Assembly: GCA_041491005.1 (NCBI GenBank)
Contig: JBGPUE010000010.1
Span: 178-64,177 of the forward strand
Direction of reading: 5' to 3'
Source of the DNA: Candidatus Binataceae bacterium
GTDB lineage: Bacteria > Desulfobacterota > Binatia > Binatales > Binataceae
DNA length: 64,000 nt
In this document: positions 54,595-64,000 of the stretch, piece after piece
How the letters are laid out: every line of letters begins with the position of its first letter
Numbering within the stretch: position 1 is the stretch's first letter
The notes under the pieces: model-generated
Database searches by the model: none
Told to the model about the DNA's origin: nothing
Seen by the model: the letters and a program-made list of their open reading frames with translations, nothing else
Position numbers and translations under genes: made by a program

Positions 54595-55734
54595 ATGCCG
54601 CTGGTCCTCACCGAAGAACAGGCCATGCTTCGCGACAGCGCGCGGGGCTTCTTGCGCAAGAATGCGCCGATCGCACATCTGCGCCAGCTCCGCGACAGCC
54701 GTGACCCGGCGGGTTTCTCGCGTCCGCTTTGGAAGGACTTCGCGCAACAAGGCTGGGCGGGCATCCTCGTCCCCGAGGCGTTAGGCGGTCTGGGCTTGGG
54801 CTATGTCGAAGCCGGTATCGTGATGGAGGAATTGGGACGGACGCTGACGCCCTCTCCTTTTCTGGCGACGGCGGTGCTCACCGCCACCGCTATCGCGCGC
54901 GCCGGTAGCAATGCCCAAAAGAATGAGTATCTCGCGCGCATCGCCGGGGGCGATTTGATCGCGAGCTTGGCGGTCGATGAGACCACCAAACACCGACCCG
55001 AGAAAACCGCGTTGACCGCGACTCGATCGGGAAACGGTTTCGTTCTCAATGGCGCCAAGACTTTCGTGCTGCATGGTCATGTGGCCGACATTCTGCTCGT
55101 GGTCGCCCGAACCGCCGGCACGCCGGGCGAAACTCGAGGTCTCACGCTCTTCGCGGTGGATGCGAAGACGAAGGGACTCCATCCTGAGCGCACATTGATG
55201 GTCGACAGCCACGACGCTGCGCGGGTGGCCTTCGACAAGGTGGAGGTCGGCCGCGATGCCGTTTTGTGCGAGGTCGACGCAGGCTGGGGCGTGCTCGAAG
55301 GCGTGCTGAACGCCGGACGGGCCGCAGTCGCTGCGGAACTCGTGGGAGCGAGCGAGGAAGCCTTCAGTCGGACCGTCAGCTACCTCAAGGAACGCAAGCA
55401 ATTCGGCCGGCCGATCGGCGAGTTCCAAGCCCTCCAGCATCGTGCCGCCAACATCTATATCGAACTGGAACTCACGCGCTCGGCTGTGCTGAAAGCCCTG
55501 CAGACGCTCGACGAGTCTTTCGACAGCGCTGGCACGATTTGCTCCGCAGCAAAGGCGAGGGCTGGCATCAGCGCTACGCTCGCTGTGCAGGAGGCCGTCC
55601 AGATGCACGGCGGAATCGGTATGACCGACGAATTCGACGTCGGATTGTTCATGAGACGCGCCCGCGTCGCCCAGGAGTTATTCGGCGACTCGAACTTTCA
55701 CGCGGACCGGCTGGCGCGGCTGAACCACTACTGA
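54595..55734 (+). CDS. Acyl-CoA dehydrogenase
   Basis: MPLVLTEEQAMLRDSARGFL..., VLNGAKTFVLHGHVAD, C-terminal QMHGGIGMTDEFDVGLFMRRA. Confidence 0.85.
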   Translation: MPLVLTEEQAMLRDSARGFLRKNAPIAHLRQLRDSRDPAGFSRPLWKDFAQQGWAGILVPEALGGLGLGYVEAGIVMEELGRTLTPSPFLATAVLTATAIARAGSNAQKNEYLARIAGGDLIASLAVDETTKHRPEKTALTATRSGNGFVLNGAKTFVLHGHVADILLVVARTAGTPGETRGLTLFAVDAKTKGLHPERTLMVDSHDAARVAFDKVEVGRDAVLCEVDAGWGVLEGVLNAGRAAVAAELVGASEEAFSRTVSYLKERKQFGRPIGEFQALQHRAANIYIELELTRSAVLKALQTLDESFDSAGTICSAAKARAGISATLAVQEAVQMHGGIGMTDEFDVGLFMRRARVAQELFGDSNFHADRLARLNHY

Positions 55735-55830
55735 TCGCGAAGGCAGCTCAACCCTGCTCCAAGCGGCGAGCGCTTTGAGCGGCACTCAGAGCGCCTAGCC
55801 TCACGGATAACTAGTATCCATGCGCGCCAC

Positions 55831-57162
55831 TCATTCGATTCCATAGCGTCTGCGTTTGCGCCAGAGCGTGGTGGCGTTGATTCCGAGCGTTGCGGCGGCC
55901 TCATCAAGTGTCGCGCTCTCGGCCAGCACTCGCGCGATATGTTCTCGTTCGACGTCTTCGAGACTCGCGGCAGGCGAGGTGGTGCCCGGCGCCTGCGGTA
56001 TATCGCGGAAGATCGAATCGGGCAGATCGTCGGGCCCGATGGTATCGCTGCGGCTTAGCACCGCGGCGCGCTCAAGAGCGTTACGCAACTCGCGCACGTT
56101 TCCCGGCCATTGATAGCGGGCCAGGGCCGCGCCGGCCTGCGGCGCGAGCCGGAGCTGCGGACGGTGGTTGCGAATCGCCGCCGCACGCAGCATCCACTCC
56201 GCCAGCGCCGGGATGTCCTCGCGGCGCTCGCACAGCGGCGGCACGCGGAGCGTAATCACGTTGAGCCGGTAGAACAGATCTTCGCGGAAGCGGCGCGCCT
56301 TGACCTCGTCTTCCAGATCGCGATTGGACGCGGCGATGATTCGCGCGTCGACCCGGATCGTGCGTTCTCCGCCCACGCGTTCGAAGCTCTGTTCCTGGAC
56401 GAAGCGTAGAAATTTGGTCTGCAGTGCGGCCGAGAGGTCGGCGATCTCGTCGAGAAATACCGTGCCGCCGTCGGCCGCCTCCAGGCGGCCGGGCTTGTCC
56501 TTGATGGCGCCGGTGAATGAACCGCGCATATGGCCGAAGAGCTCGCTTTCGAGCAGCTGCTCCGAGAGCGTCGTGCAGTTGACCACGACGAACGGGCGCT
56601 CGCATCGCGGACTCCATCTGTGAATCTGGCGGGCGAGGACGTTCTTGCCGGTGCCGCTCTCGCCGCTGAGCAGGATCGTCGCCTCGCTGCGCGCAGCCTG
56701 CCGCGCGGTTTCCAGCATGCGAACCATTGCGGCGCTGCGCGATTCCAGCATCGGCATCTCGTCGATAGTCTCGCGTAGCACCTGGTTCTCCGCCTGCAGG
56801 CTGTGCATCTGCAGCGCGCGATCGACCACATGGCGTATCTGGTCGAGCGAGAAAGGCTTGGCAATATAGTCGGAGGCGCCGGCCTTCATCGCGGCCACTG
56901 CGTTCTCGACGGTCGCGTAAGCCGTCATCAGGATCACCGGCGTGTAGGGATGCAGCCGCTTCGCCTCGTTGAGCAGCTCGAGTCCGTTCATCTCCGCCAT
57001 CCGGAAGTCGGTCAAAACCAGATCCAGCGGTCCTGCGGCGAGCGTCTGTATCGCCGCGACGCCGCTGGCGGCTTCGCGCACCTCGTGTCCGAGCGACTGG
57101 AAGAACGCCGCGAGGCTGCGGCGAATGTTCTTCTCGTCGTCGACGATGAGCAGTCGCGCCAT
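55831..57162 (-). CDS. Sigma54-dependent (NtrC-family) two-component response regulator
   Basis: Receiver MARLLIVDDEKNIRRSL...DLVLTDFRM; AAA+ sigma54-interaction domain GESGTGKNVLARQIH, GSFTGA (GAFTGA variant), ERVGG; C-terminal Fis-type HTH. The start ATG overlaps the kinase stop (ATGA). Confidence 0.9.
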   Translation of the reverse strand: MARLLIVDDEKNIRRSLAAFFQSLGHEVREAASGVAAIQTLAAGPLDLVLTDFRMAEMNGLELLNEAKRLHPYTPVILMTAYATVENAVAAMKAGASDYIAKPFSLDQIRHVVDRALQMHSLQAENQVLRETIDEMPMLESRSAAMVRMLETARQAARSEATILLSGESGTGKNVLARQIHRWSPRCERPFVVVNCTTLSEQLLESELFGHMRGSFTGAIKDKPGRLEAADGGTVFLDEIADLSAALQTKFLRFVQEQSFERVGGERTIRVDARIIAASNRDLEDEVKARRFREDLFYRLNVITLRVPPLCERREDIPALAEWMLRAAAIRNHRPQLRLAPQAGAALARYQWPGNVRELRNALERAAVLSRSDTIGPDDLPDSIFRDIPQAPGTTSPAASLEDVEREHIARVLAESATLDEAAATLGINATTLWRKRRRYGIE

Positions 57163-58952
57163 CAGGCCTCCGTCATCGCCGGCAATTCGACTACGAAGCG
57201 GCTGCCGCGATCGCCGTTGCTTTCGACGAAGATCCGGCCGCCGTGTGCCTCGACGATGTCCCTTACGATTGCGAGTCCCAGTCCTGCCGAACCGGCTCCA
57301 CCGCCGTTGGCGGCGTATTGAGCGAAGCGCTCGAAGATGTAGTCGCGAATCTCCGGCGCAATCCCGGGCCCCGAGTCCGCGACTTCGAGTATCACCGTAT
57401 GATTGCGCGGCCGCGCAACGATCTCGATTTTTCCGCCGCTGGGCGTATAGCGCAGCGCATTGCCGATCAGATTGGAGACCATCCACGACAGCTTCACAGG
57501 ATCTCCGTTGAGCTGCGGCACAGGCTCGATGCGCCGCTCAAGCACGACTTGCTTCTCGCGCGCCTGCAGGGCGAAGCGTTCGCTCACCTCCTCCGCGAGG
57601 CGGCCGATGTCGAGCGGCCGGCGCTGCACCGCGATCGCGGCTGCTTCGCCGCGGGCGAGGCTCAGCAGGTTGTCGCTAAGCTGCTTCATCCGCGCGCATT
57701 CCTCAAGGATAGCGCCCAACAACGCCCGCTGTCTTGGCTCCAGGCCCTCATGCTCGCGGCCGAGCAGCTCGGCAGAAAGCGCGAGCGAGGTGAGCGGCGT
57801 GCGGAGCTCATGCGAGAGCGTCGCGACCAGGTTCGTGCGTGCGCGATCCTGATCGCGCAGGTAGGTAACATCCTGCATGATGAGCAGCGTACCCAGCGCG
57901 CCGCCCTCGGGATGGCGCAGCGGCACCGGCTTCAGCACGTAAGAGTGTTCGCGGCCGCGCACGTGGAGTTCCACCTCGATGCGCTGGGCGCCGGAAGCGG
58001 ACTTGCGCGACGTCCTGAGCGCGTCCCGGATGCGCAGGTAGTGCGGATGGTTGCTGCTCAGATCATCGAAGATGCTGCCGAGCGCGTCGGCCGCATCGAT
58101 GCCCAGAATGATCGCCGCGATCTCGTTGATGTGTGCGACGACACCTCCCGAGTCAATCAGCACGACGCCGTCCTCGAGGCTCTCGATGATCGCCTCGGTC
58201 TTGCTCTTCTCATAGACCAGCCGCTCGACGTTGAGCTTCTCATACTGTTCCAGCCGCTCGGCCATCTCGTTGAACTCGCGCGCCACGATATCGAGTTCGG
58301 TGAGTCGCTGCGGGCCGAGCCGCAAATGCGTGTCGCGGCGGCTGATTCCGCGCAGCCGCTCGGCAAGTTCCGTCAGCGGCCTCGACAGTGTCCACGACAG
58401 CCCCCACGACAGTGCCACGCCGGTGAAAATGAGCACCAGCAATCCGGCTGCGAACTCGTAGGTCAGGCGCATGCCAAGCCGCATCGCGCGGCTATCGGCA
58501 CGGAACATCGCCGCCCGGTTCATCTGGATCAGATCGTCGAGCAACCCATGAAGCCGGTCATACCCTGCGTCGCGCTCCGCCTGGGGCTGCCCAGCGGCGA
58601 TCTCGCGAAATAACTCGAGAGCATTCGACTCGACGCTGTGTGCCAGCTCCGGCTCACCCACTTCCGTATGGATATGATTCTCGACGTCAATCCAGTGCAT
58701 AAAGGCAGCGCTCGAGGAGGGCAGCGCCGCGCGCCCTTGGCCCGCACGATCGGCAAGTTGCAACCGCCTGAGCTCTGAGTGCATGTGCTGAGCGGCGTCG
58801 ATGCTGACGTAGTTGCGGTACAGTGTCTCGCGAATCGCACCGCCGAGCCGGTACAAGTGCGGCAGGGCGTATCCGCCAAGAATCAAAACCACCGCCAGCA
58901 TCAGCAACGTACCGTTGCGAATCCGGCCGCGGAGCGATGGCGTCTTCATCGC
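57162..58952 (-). CDS. Membrane sensor histidine kinase (two TM helices, periplasmic-type sensor, HAMP, HisKA, HATPase_c)
   Basis: TM1 LLMLAVVLILGGYALP, TM2 LLVLIFTGVALSWGLSWTL, H-box LVATLSHELRTPLTSL, N/G boxes NLIGNALRYTP...DSGPGI...GLGLAIV. The start is set at MKTPSLRG. Confidence 0.85.
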   Translation of the reverse strand, partial: AMKTPSLRGRIRNGTLLMLAVVLILGGYALPHLYRLGGAIRETLYRNYVSIDAAQHMHSELRRLQLADRAGQGRAALPSSSAAFMHWIDVENHIHTEVGEPELAHSVESNALELFREIAAGQPQAERDAGYDRLHGLLDDLIQMNRAAMFRADSRAMRLGMRLTYEFAAGLLVLIFTGVALSWGLSWTLSRPLTELAERLRGISRRDTHLRLGPQRLTELDIVAREFNEMAERLEQYEKLNVERLVYEKSKTEAIIESLEDGVVLIDSGGVVAHINEIAAIILGIDAADALGSIFDDLSSNHPHYLRIRDALRTSRKSASGAQRIEVELHVRGREHSYVLKPVPLRHPEGGALGTLLIMQDVTYLRDQDRARTNLVATLSHELRTPLTSLALSAELLGREHEGLEPRQRALLGAILEECARMKQLSDNLLSLARGEAAAIAVQRRPLDIGRLAEEVSERFALQAREKQVVLERRIEPVPQLNGDPVKLSWMVSNLIGNALRYTPSGGKIEIVARPRNHTVILEVADSGPGIAPEIRDYIFERFAQYAANGGGAGSAGLGLAIVRDIVEAHGGRIFVESNGDRGSRFVVELPAMTEA

Positions 58953-60163
58953 GCGTTCTCCTGCTCGGAGTCGCCCACAATCTCGACGTCGACACCACGC
59001 GCCTGCGCGAGTATGCGCATGGTCACATCGAGGTGAAGCCACCGCCGCCAGATCGGCTGATGAGTACGCCCGAGGATGATTTTCGTGATGCCCTTTTCGC
59101 GGGCAAAGTCAAGCATCGTCCTGACGATGTCATCGCCCTTGAGCCAGACTGATTCCGCGCCCAGATCGCCAGCCAGGTTGATGTTGTCGAGCAGCGCCAC
59201 GAAGTCGCTGGTGCGCACCTTGTGCACCGATTCGGACGGCGTTTCCACGTGGATGGCATACCACTCGGCGTTGAGCCGCCCCGCGATACGCGAGGCCTTG
59301 CGCAACAGCTTGTCACCGTCGGCCGGATTGGAGGAGAGCCCGACCATGATCCGCTCGGTGATTTGGAGCCGGCGGCCGCCTTCGCGCTTGAGCGCTTCCT
59401 GCCCTTCGCGCTGGCGGCTGAGCCCGCGCGCAACCTCACGAAGAGCCATCTCGCGCAACGAGGCAAGATTGCTCGGCTTGAAGAAGTTTCGCAGCGCCTG
59501 CTCGATCTGCGCGGCAGGATAGATCTTGCCTTCTCGCAGCCGCTCACGGAGCGCCTCGACCGTCACGTCGACGTTTACGACCTGATCCGCACGCGCAAGG
59601 AAGGCGTCGGGCACGGTCTCGCGCACCTCGATACCCGTCACCCGTTTCATCAGCGGGTTGAGGCTCTCGACGTGCTGGATGTTCATCGCCGAGATGACGT
59701 TGATGCCTGCGGCAACCAGATCCTCGACGTCCTGGTAGCGCTTTTCGTGTTTGGAGCCGGGTACGTTGGTATGCGCCAGCTCGTCGACGATCGCGACCTC
59801 CGGTTTGCGCGCGAGGATGGCGTCGACATCCATCTCCTGCAACGTCACGCCCCGGTGCGCAATCGTGCGGCGCGGGACGACCTCCAATCCCGCGATTTTC
59901 TCGGCAGTTTCGGCGCGCCCATGAGTCTCGACCACCCCGATTACAGCGTCGACGCCTTTGGCGCGCAGCTGATGCGCCTCTTCGAGCATCTCGTACGTCT
60001 TGCCGACACCCGCTGCAGCGCCGACGTAGATCTTGAGGCGGCCCTTGAACGCCTGCGGAACGAGATCGAGAAACGACTCGGGCTCGGGGCGCACATCGTC
60101 AGGGGGCCGGGCAGAGCCACGGTCCGCTTCACCCTTCGGCGACTGCGTCATTCGCCAAGTCAT
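58946..60163 (-). CDS. kdpD: Stand-alone KdpD N-terminal sensor domain + Usp domain protein (no transmembrane or kinase part)
   Basis: KdpD-N P-loop region LKIYVGAAAGVGKTYEMLEEAHQLRAKGVDAVIGVVETHGRAET followed by a Usp-like domain; 405 aa; ends 6 bp into the next ORF. Confidence 0.8.
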   Translation of the reverse strand: MTWRMTQSPKGEADRGSARPPDDVRPEPESFLDLVPQAFKGRLKIYVGAAAGVGKTYEMLEEAHQLRAKGVDAVIGVVETHGRAETAEKIAGLEVVPRRTIAHRGVTLQEMDVDAILARKPEVAIVDELAHTNVPGSKHEKRYQDVEDLVAAGINVISAMNIQHVESLNPLMKRVTGIEVRETVPDAFLARADQVVNVDVTVEALRERLREGKIYPAAQIEQALRNFFKPSNLASLREMALREVARGLSRQREGQEALKREGGRRLQITERIMVGLSSNPADGDKLLRKASRIAGRLNAEWYAIHVETPSESVHKVRTSDFVALLDNINLAGDLGAESVWLKGDDIVRTMLDFAREKGITKIILGRTHQPIWRRWLHLDVTMRILAQARGVDVEIVGDSEQENAR

Positions 60164-60238
60164 TTGCGCGGCTGCCCTGTCGATCCGGTCTCGGCAGGGA
60201 TCCCTTCCTATTATCCATCTAAGGTCAGCTCGATAGTA

Positions 60239-60844
60239 TCATCTCTCGTTGCGAACTTGCCGAGTGCGGTCCGGGGACAATGCGTCGAGGGCGAGGTTCA
60301 GGCGCAAAACATTCACCCCGGGCTCGCCGAAGATTTCGGCCCATCGCCGACTTGTATTCACCCTGACTAGCCGGCGTACCGCGTCTTCGGCCAAGCCTCT
60401 GGTCTTTGCGACGCGGGCGACCTGGATATCCGCGGCGGCCGGGCTGATCTCGGGATCCAATCCACTACCCGACGCAGTGACCAGATCGATCGGTACCTGT
60501 GCCGGCCGCACGCCCTCGGTTTCGACCACCGCCTTGAGCCGCGTCTGGACGGCGTCGATCAGCGTCTTGCTGGTTGGGCCGAGGTTCGAGCCGCCCGAAC
60601 TCAATCCATCGTAGCCCTTCGCCCCAGCCGTTGAGGGCCGCCCGTGAAAGTTGCGCGCACTTGAGAAGTTCTGTCCGATAAGTGACGACCCGACCAGCTT
60701 GCCGTTCACATATACGAGGCTGCCATTGGCCTGTAGCGGGAAGAGCAACTGGGCCACCGCCCAGACTGCCAGCGGGTAGATGACGCCCGTTAGCAACGTC
60801 ATCACCACGGTAAGCCGGGTTGCGATCCACAGTGAACGCATCAT
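60239..60844 (-). CDS. kdpC: Potassium-transporting ATPase subunit C
   Basis: TRLTVVMTLLTGVIYPLAVWAVAQLLFPLQANGSL (KdpC signature N-terminus). Confidence 0.9.
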   Translation of the reverse strand: MMRSLWIATRLTVVMTLLTGVIYPLAVWAVAQLLFPLQANGSLVYVNGKLVGSSLIGQNFSSARNFHGRPSTAGAKGYDGLSSGGSNLGPTSKTLIDAVQTRLKAVVETEGVRPAQVPIDLVTASGSGLDPEISPAAADIQVARVAKTRGLAEDAVRRLVRVNTSRRWAEIFGEPGVNVLRLNLALDALSPDRTRQVRNER

Positions 60845-60851
60845 CTGTACC

Positions 60852-62894
60852 TCAGGCCAGATGCAGAGCAGTAATCATCAGATCGATCGCCTTGATCCCG
60901 ATGAACGGAACTACCACTCCGCCGAATCCATAAATGAAGAGATTGCGCGTGAAGATCGCGGCAGCGCCCAATGGCCGATACCGCACGCCGCGCAGCGCAA
61001 GCGGGATTAGCGCGATGATAATCAGGGCATTGAAGATGACTGCAGAGAGGATCGCGCTTTGGGGCGTCGCGAGACGCATCACGTTGAGCGCCTGGAGCTC
61101 GGGATAGCCAACCACGAACATGGCCGGGATGATCGCGAAATACTTGGCGACATCGTTGGCGATCGAGAACGTGGTCAATGCGCCACGCGTCATCAGCAAC
61201 TGCTTGCCGATCTCGACCACCTCCATGATCTTGGTCGGATTCGAATCGAGATCGACCATGTTGCCGGCCTCGCGCGCGGCCTGAGTGCCGGCGTTCATTG
61301 CGATACCCACGTCGGCCTGCGCCAGCGCCGGCGCATCGTTGGTGCCGTCGCCGATCATCGCGACCAGCTTGCCTTGCGCCTGTTCCTCGCGGATCAATCT
61401 GAGCTTGGCTTCAGGAGTGGCCTCGGCCAGAAAGCCGCCGACTCCCGACTCGCGAGCGATTGCCGCCGCGGTTAGAGCGTTATCGCCGGTGATCATCACC
61501 GTTCGCATGCCCATCGCATGCAGCCGCTCGAAGCGTTCGCGGATGCCCTCCTTGATGACGTCCTTCAGATGGATGACGCCGAGCGCGCGCGGCCCATCGG
61601 CCACCACCAGCGGCGTGCCACCATCGCGCGCGATTCGCTCGACAGCCGCGGCGAGATCGGCTGGCACGGTACCACCCTGCTCGCGCACGAACGCGATGAC
61701 CTGATCGGCGGCGCCTTTGCGGATGCTGCGGTTTGCGATATTGACGCCGCTCATCCGCGTCTGAGCAGAGAATGGGATGAACTCGACACCGTCCTCGGAC
61801 AGTGGACGGCCGCGGAGATTGAAATCACGCTTGGCGAGCACCATGATCGACCGCCCCTCCGGTGTCTCATCAGCGAGCGAGGCGAACTGTGCGGCCTCTG
61901 CCAGCGCGGCGATCTCGACGCCCTCGACCGGAACGAACTCGTACGCCATCCGATTGCCCAGCGTGATCGTACCGGTCTTATCCAGCAACAGCGTATCGAC
62001 GTCACCCGCCGCCTCGACCGCCCGCCCGGACATCGCGAGCACGTTGTGCTGCACCAGCCGGTCCATGCCGGCAATTCCGATCGCGGACAGCAACCCGCCA
62101 ATGGTGGTCGGAATAAGACAGACCAGCAACGACACCAGCACTGGCAGCGAAAGAGCTACGCTTGCGTACCGTGCGAACGGATAGAGTGAGACAATCACCA
62201 GCATAAAGATGATAGTCAGTCCGGCAAGAAGGATTTCGAGTGCGATTTCGTTGGGTGTCTTCTGACGCCGTGCGCCTTCGACCAGGGCGATCATCCTGTC
62301 CAGGAAGGTTTCACCCGGGTTGGCAGTGATGCGGACCTTAATCCAGTCCGAGATCACGGTCGTGCCGCCGGTGACCGCACTGCGATCGCCGCCGCTCTCA
62401 CGAATCACGGGCGCCGATTCGCCGGTGATCGCGGCCTCGTTGACCGCGGCGACGCCTTCGATCACTTCGCCGTCGCCCGGGATCACCTCGCCTGCCTCGA
62501 CCAGTACTACGTCGCCACGCCTGAGCGAGGTCGCAGAGACCAATGTGGTCGCGCTGGTTTCGGTCACGAGTTTGGCCTGGGTCTCGATGCGGGTCTTGCG
62601 CAGATTGTCGGCCTGCGCCTTGCCGCGGCCCTCGGCCATCGCTTCTGCGAAATTGGCGAACAGCACTGTGAACCAAAGCCATAGCGTGATTTGCAGTTCG
62701 AAGACCGCCAGCGCGTGGCGTCCGGCTGCGAAATCGCGGATCAGGATCATCGCGGTCATGAGGCTGGTGACTTCGACCACGAACATCACCGGATTGCGAA
62801 TCATCAGGCGCGGATCGAGTTTGTACAACGCATCCAGGGCCGCACGCGTAACGATCGCGCGATCCCATACAGCAATCTGCTTTTTCGATGCCAT
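60852..62894 (-). CDS. kdpB: Potassium-transporting P-type ATPase subunit B
   Basis: [31 protein letters not shown]; 680 aa. Confidence 0.95.
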   Translation of the reverse strand: MASKKQIAVWDRAIVTRAALDALYKLDPRLMIRNPVMFVVEVTSLMTAMILIRDFAAGRHALAVFELQITLWLWFTVLFANFAEAMAEGRGKAQADNLRKTRIETQAKLVTETSATTLVSATSLRRGDVVLVEAGEVIPGDGEVIEGVAAVNEAAITGESAPVIRESGGDRSAVTGGTTVISDWIKVRITANPGETFLDRMIALVEGARRQKTPNEIALEILLAGLTIIFMLVIVSLYPFARYASVALSLPVLVSLLVCLIPTTIGGLLSAIGIAGMDRLVQHNVLAMSGRAVEAAGDVDTLLLDKTGTITLGNRMAYEFVPVEGVEIAALAEAAQFASLADETPEGRSIMVLAKRDFNLRGRPLSEDGVEFIPFSAQTRMSGVNIANRSIRKGAADQVIAFVREQGGTVPADLAAAVERIARDGGTPLVVADGPRALGVIHLKDVIKEGIRERFERLHAMGMRTVMITGDNALTAAAIARESGVGGFLAEATPEAKLRLIREEQAQGKLVAMIGDGTNDAPALAQADVGIAMNAGTQAAREAGNMVDLDSNPTKIMEVVEIGKQLLMTRGALTTFSIANDVAKYFAIIPAMFVVGYPELQALNVMRLATPQSAILSAVIFNALIIIALIPLALRGVRYRPLGAAAIFTRNLFIYGFGGVVVPFIGIKAIDLMITALHLA

Positions 62895-62900
62895 GACTTC

Positions 62901-64000
62901 CTAGAAAAGCCTGCCGGTCATCATTGCGAGCTGTTCAACAATCGGGCCGAGCGCGAGTGCCGGAAAGAAGGTCAGCGCGCCCACGATCACGACAACGGAA
63001 ACCAGCAGTACCACGAAGGTCGCACCGTTGGTGGGAAAAGTCCCGGCGCTCGGCGCCGCGATTTTCTTGCCGGCCAGCGAACCCGCGATCGCCAGCGCGG
63101 GAATCGCCATCATGAAGCGGCCGGAGAGCATCGTGATTCCGAGGGTCACGTTGTAGAAGGTCGTGTTGGCGTTGAGCCCCGCGAACGCCGACCCGTTATT
63201 TGCCACTGCCGATGAGAATGCATAGAGAATTTCCGAAAAGCCATGCGGCCCCATATTGGCGCGGCTCGCAAGCCCCGCCTCGGTGACGCTTGCGGCGGCT
63301 GCGGGCAGCAGGATAAGCGCGGGGAAGATCAGCACGTAGAGCATCACCAGCTTCATCTCGCGCGCCTGAATCTTCTTACCCAGGTATTCTGGCGTGCGGC
63401 CCACCATCAGCCCTGCGATGAAGACCGCGAGCACCGCCATCACGAGCATCCCGTACAAGCCCGATCCCACGCCGCCAAAAACCACTTCGCCCAGATGCAG
63501 GTTCACCAGCGCCATCAGCCCGCCCAATGGCGTGAAGCTGTCATGCATCGAGTTAACCGAGCCGTTGGAGGCCGCGGTCGTGGCCGTCTCCCAAATCCCG
63601 GAGCTGACGATGCCGAAGCGGACTTCCTTGCCCTCCATGTTGCCACCGCTTTGACCGCCGGTGGCTGCCTGATTGATTCCCATGCTCGCGAACTGCGGGT
63701 TGCCATGCTGCTCCGACCAGACCGCGGGCACGAGCGTCATCACATAGAGCACGGCCATCGCGGCAAACAACGCCCATCCTTGCCGCATGTCGCCGGCCAT
63801 CTTGCCGAACGTCAAAGTGAGCGCTCCGCCGAGCGCCAGGATTGCCAGCATCTCGATCAGATTTGTCAGCCTGGTCGGATTCTCGTACGGATGCGCCGAG
63901 TTGGCGTTGAAGAAGCCGCCGCCGTTGGTGCCGAGCTGTTTGATTGCGATTTGCGACGCGACGGGGCCCTGCGGGATGGTCTGCGCAGCGCCTTCGAGCG
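62901..64000 (-). CDS. kdpA: Potassium-transporting ATPase subunit A (3' part; the gene continues beyond the window end)
   Basis: C-terminal half of KdpA (…[11 protein letters not shown]…[13 protein letters not shown]…). The reading frame stays open to position 64000. Confidence 0.85.
   Translation of the reverse strand, partial: LEGAAQTIPQGPVASQIAIKQLGTNGGGFFNANSAHPYENPTRLTNLIEMLAILALGGALTLTFGKMAGDMRQGWALFAAMAVLYVMTLVPAVWSEQHGNPQFASMGINQAATGGQSGGNMEGKEVRFGIVSSGIWETATTAASNGSVNSMHDSFTPLGGLMALVNLHLGEVVFGGVGSGLYGMLVMAVLAVFIAGLMVGRTPEYLGKKIQAREMKLVMLYVLIFPALILLPAAAASVTEAGLASRANMGPHGFSEILYAFSSAVANNGSAFAGLNANTTFYNVTLGITMLSGRFMMAIPALAIAGSLAGKKIAAPSAGTFPTNGATFVVLLVSVVVIVGALTFFPALALGPIVEQLAMMTGRLF

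Noticed and set aside
57243-60370. Long plus-strand ORFs (456 aa, 382 aa) antisense to the histidine kinase and kdpD-N genes
   Set aside because: High-GC antisense artefacts. The minus-strand genes carry H-box, N/G-box and KdpD P-loop motifs.
1-64000. tRNA, rRNA, CRISPR arrays, IS elements or integrases
   Set aside because: No T-loop GGTTCGANTCC-type motifs with acceptor-stem context, no spaced direct-repeat arrays, and no transposase or integrase signatures were found by reading both strands. A tRNAscan / CRISPR-finder run would be the definitive check.

Overview
High-GC (about 62%) bacterial chromosomal window, probably from a soil lineage; the phylum cannot be fixed from sequence alone. 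Gene-dense, with no rRNA, tRNA, CRISPR array or intact mobile element recognised. Main blocks: (i) 197-7499 (+): a glycan-assembly locus with a coiled-coil double-GT2 protein, a 1406-aa methyltransferase / coiled-coil / GT4 / GT4 / methyltransferase fusion, and a standalone paralogous methyltransferase. (ii) 8578-17806 (-): a 2954-aa cyclic beta-1,2-glucan synthase (NdvB/ChvB/Cgs type) directly preceded by a small RRM RNA-binding protein gene. (iii) 18.5-34 kb: tandem-cupin protein, two SDRs, an epoxide-hydrolase-like hydrolase, amidohydrolases, NTF2-like proteins, an acyl-ACP-desaturase-like protein, LMW-PTP, AKR, MgtA, Prs and a CDP-alcohol phosphatidyltransferase. (iv) 34.1-41.2 kb: a stress/RNA-repair island with an HPF-cold-shock-domain fusion, archease-RtcB, two Usp, a small ORF, Hsp20 behind a sigma54-type promoter, a DksA/TraR-like protein, a dienelactone hydrolase and a PRTase. 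(v) L,D-transpeptidase, DUF882 peptidase and an fdsGBA NAD-formate dehydrogenase operon. (vi) a patch of decayed gene remnants (a truncated GHKL ATPase and a crotonase fragment). (vii) an acyl-catabolic operon (D-aminoacylase, amidohydrolase, VOC, two ACADs). (viii) kdpABC followed by a split KdpD (separate N-terminal sensor/Usp protein plus a histidine kinase) and a sigma54-dependent NtrC-type response regulator. All calls are from reading motifs in the supplied translations; no database search was run.
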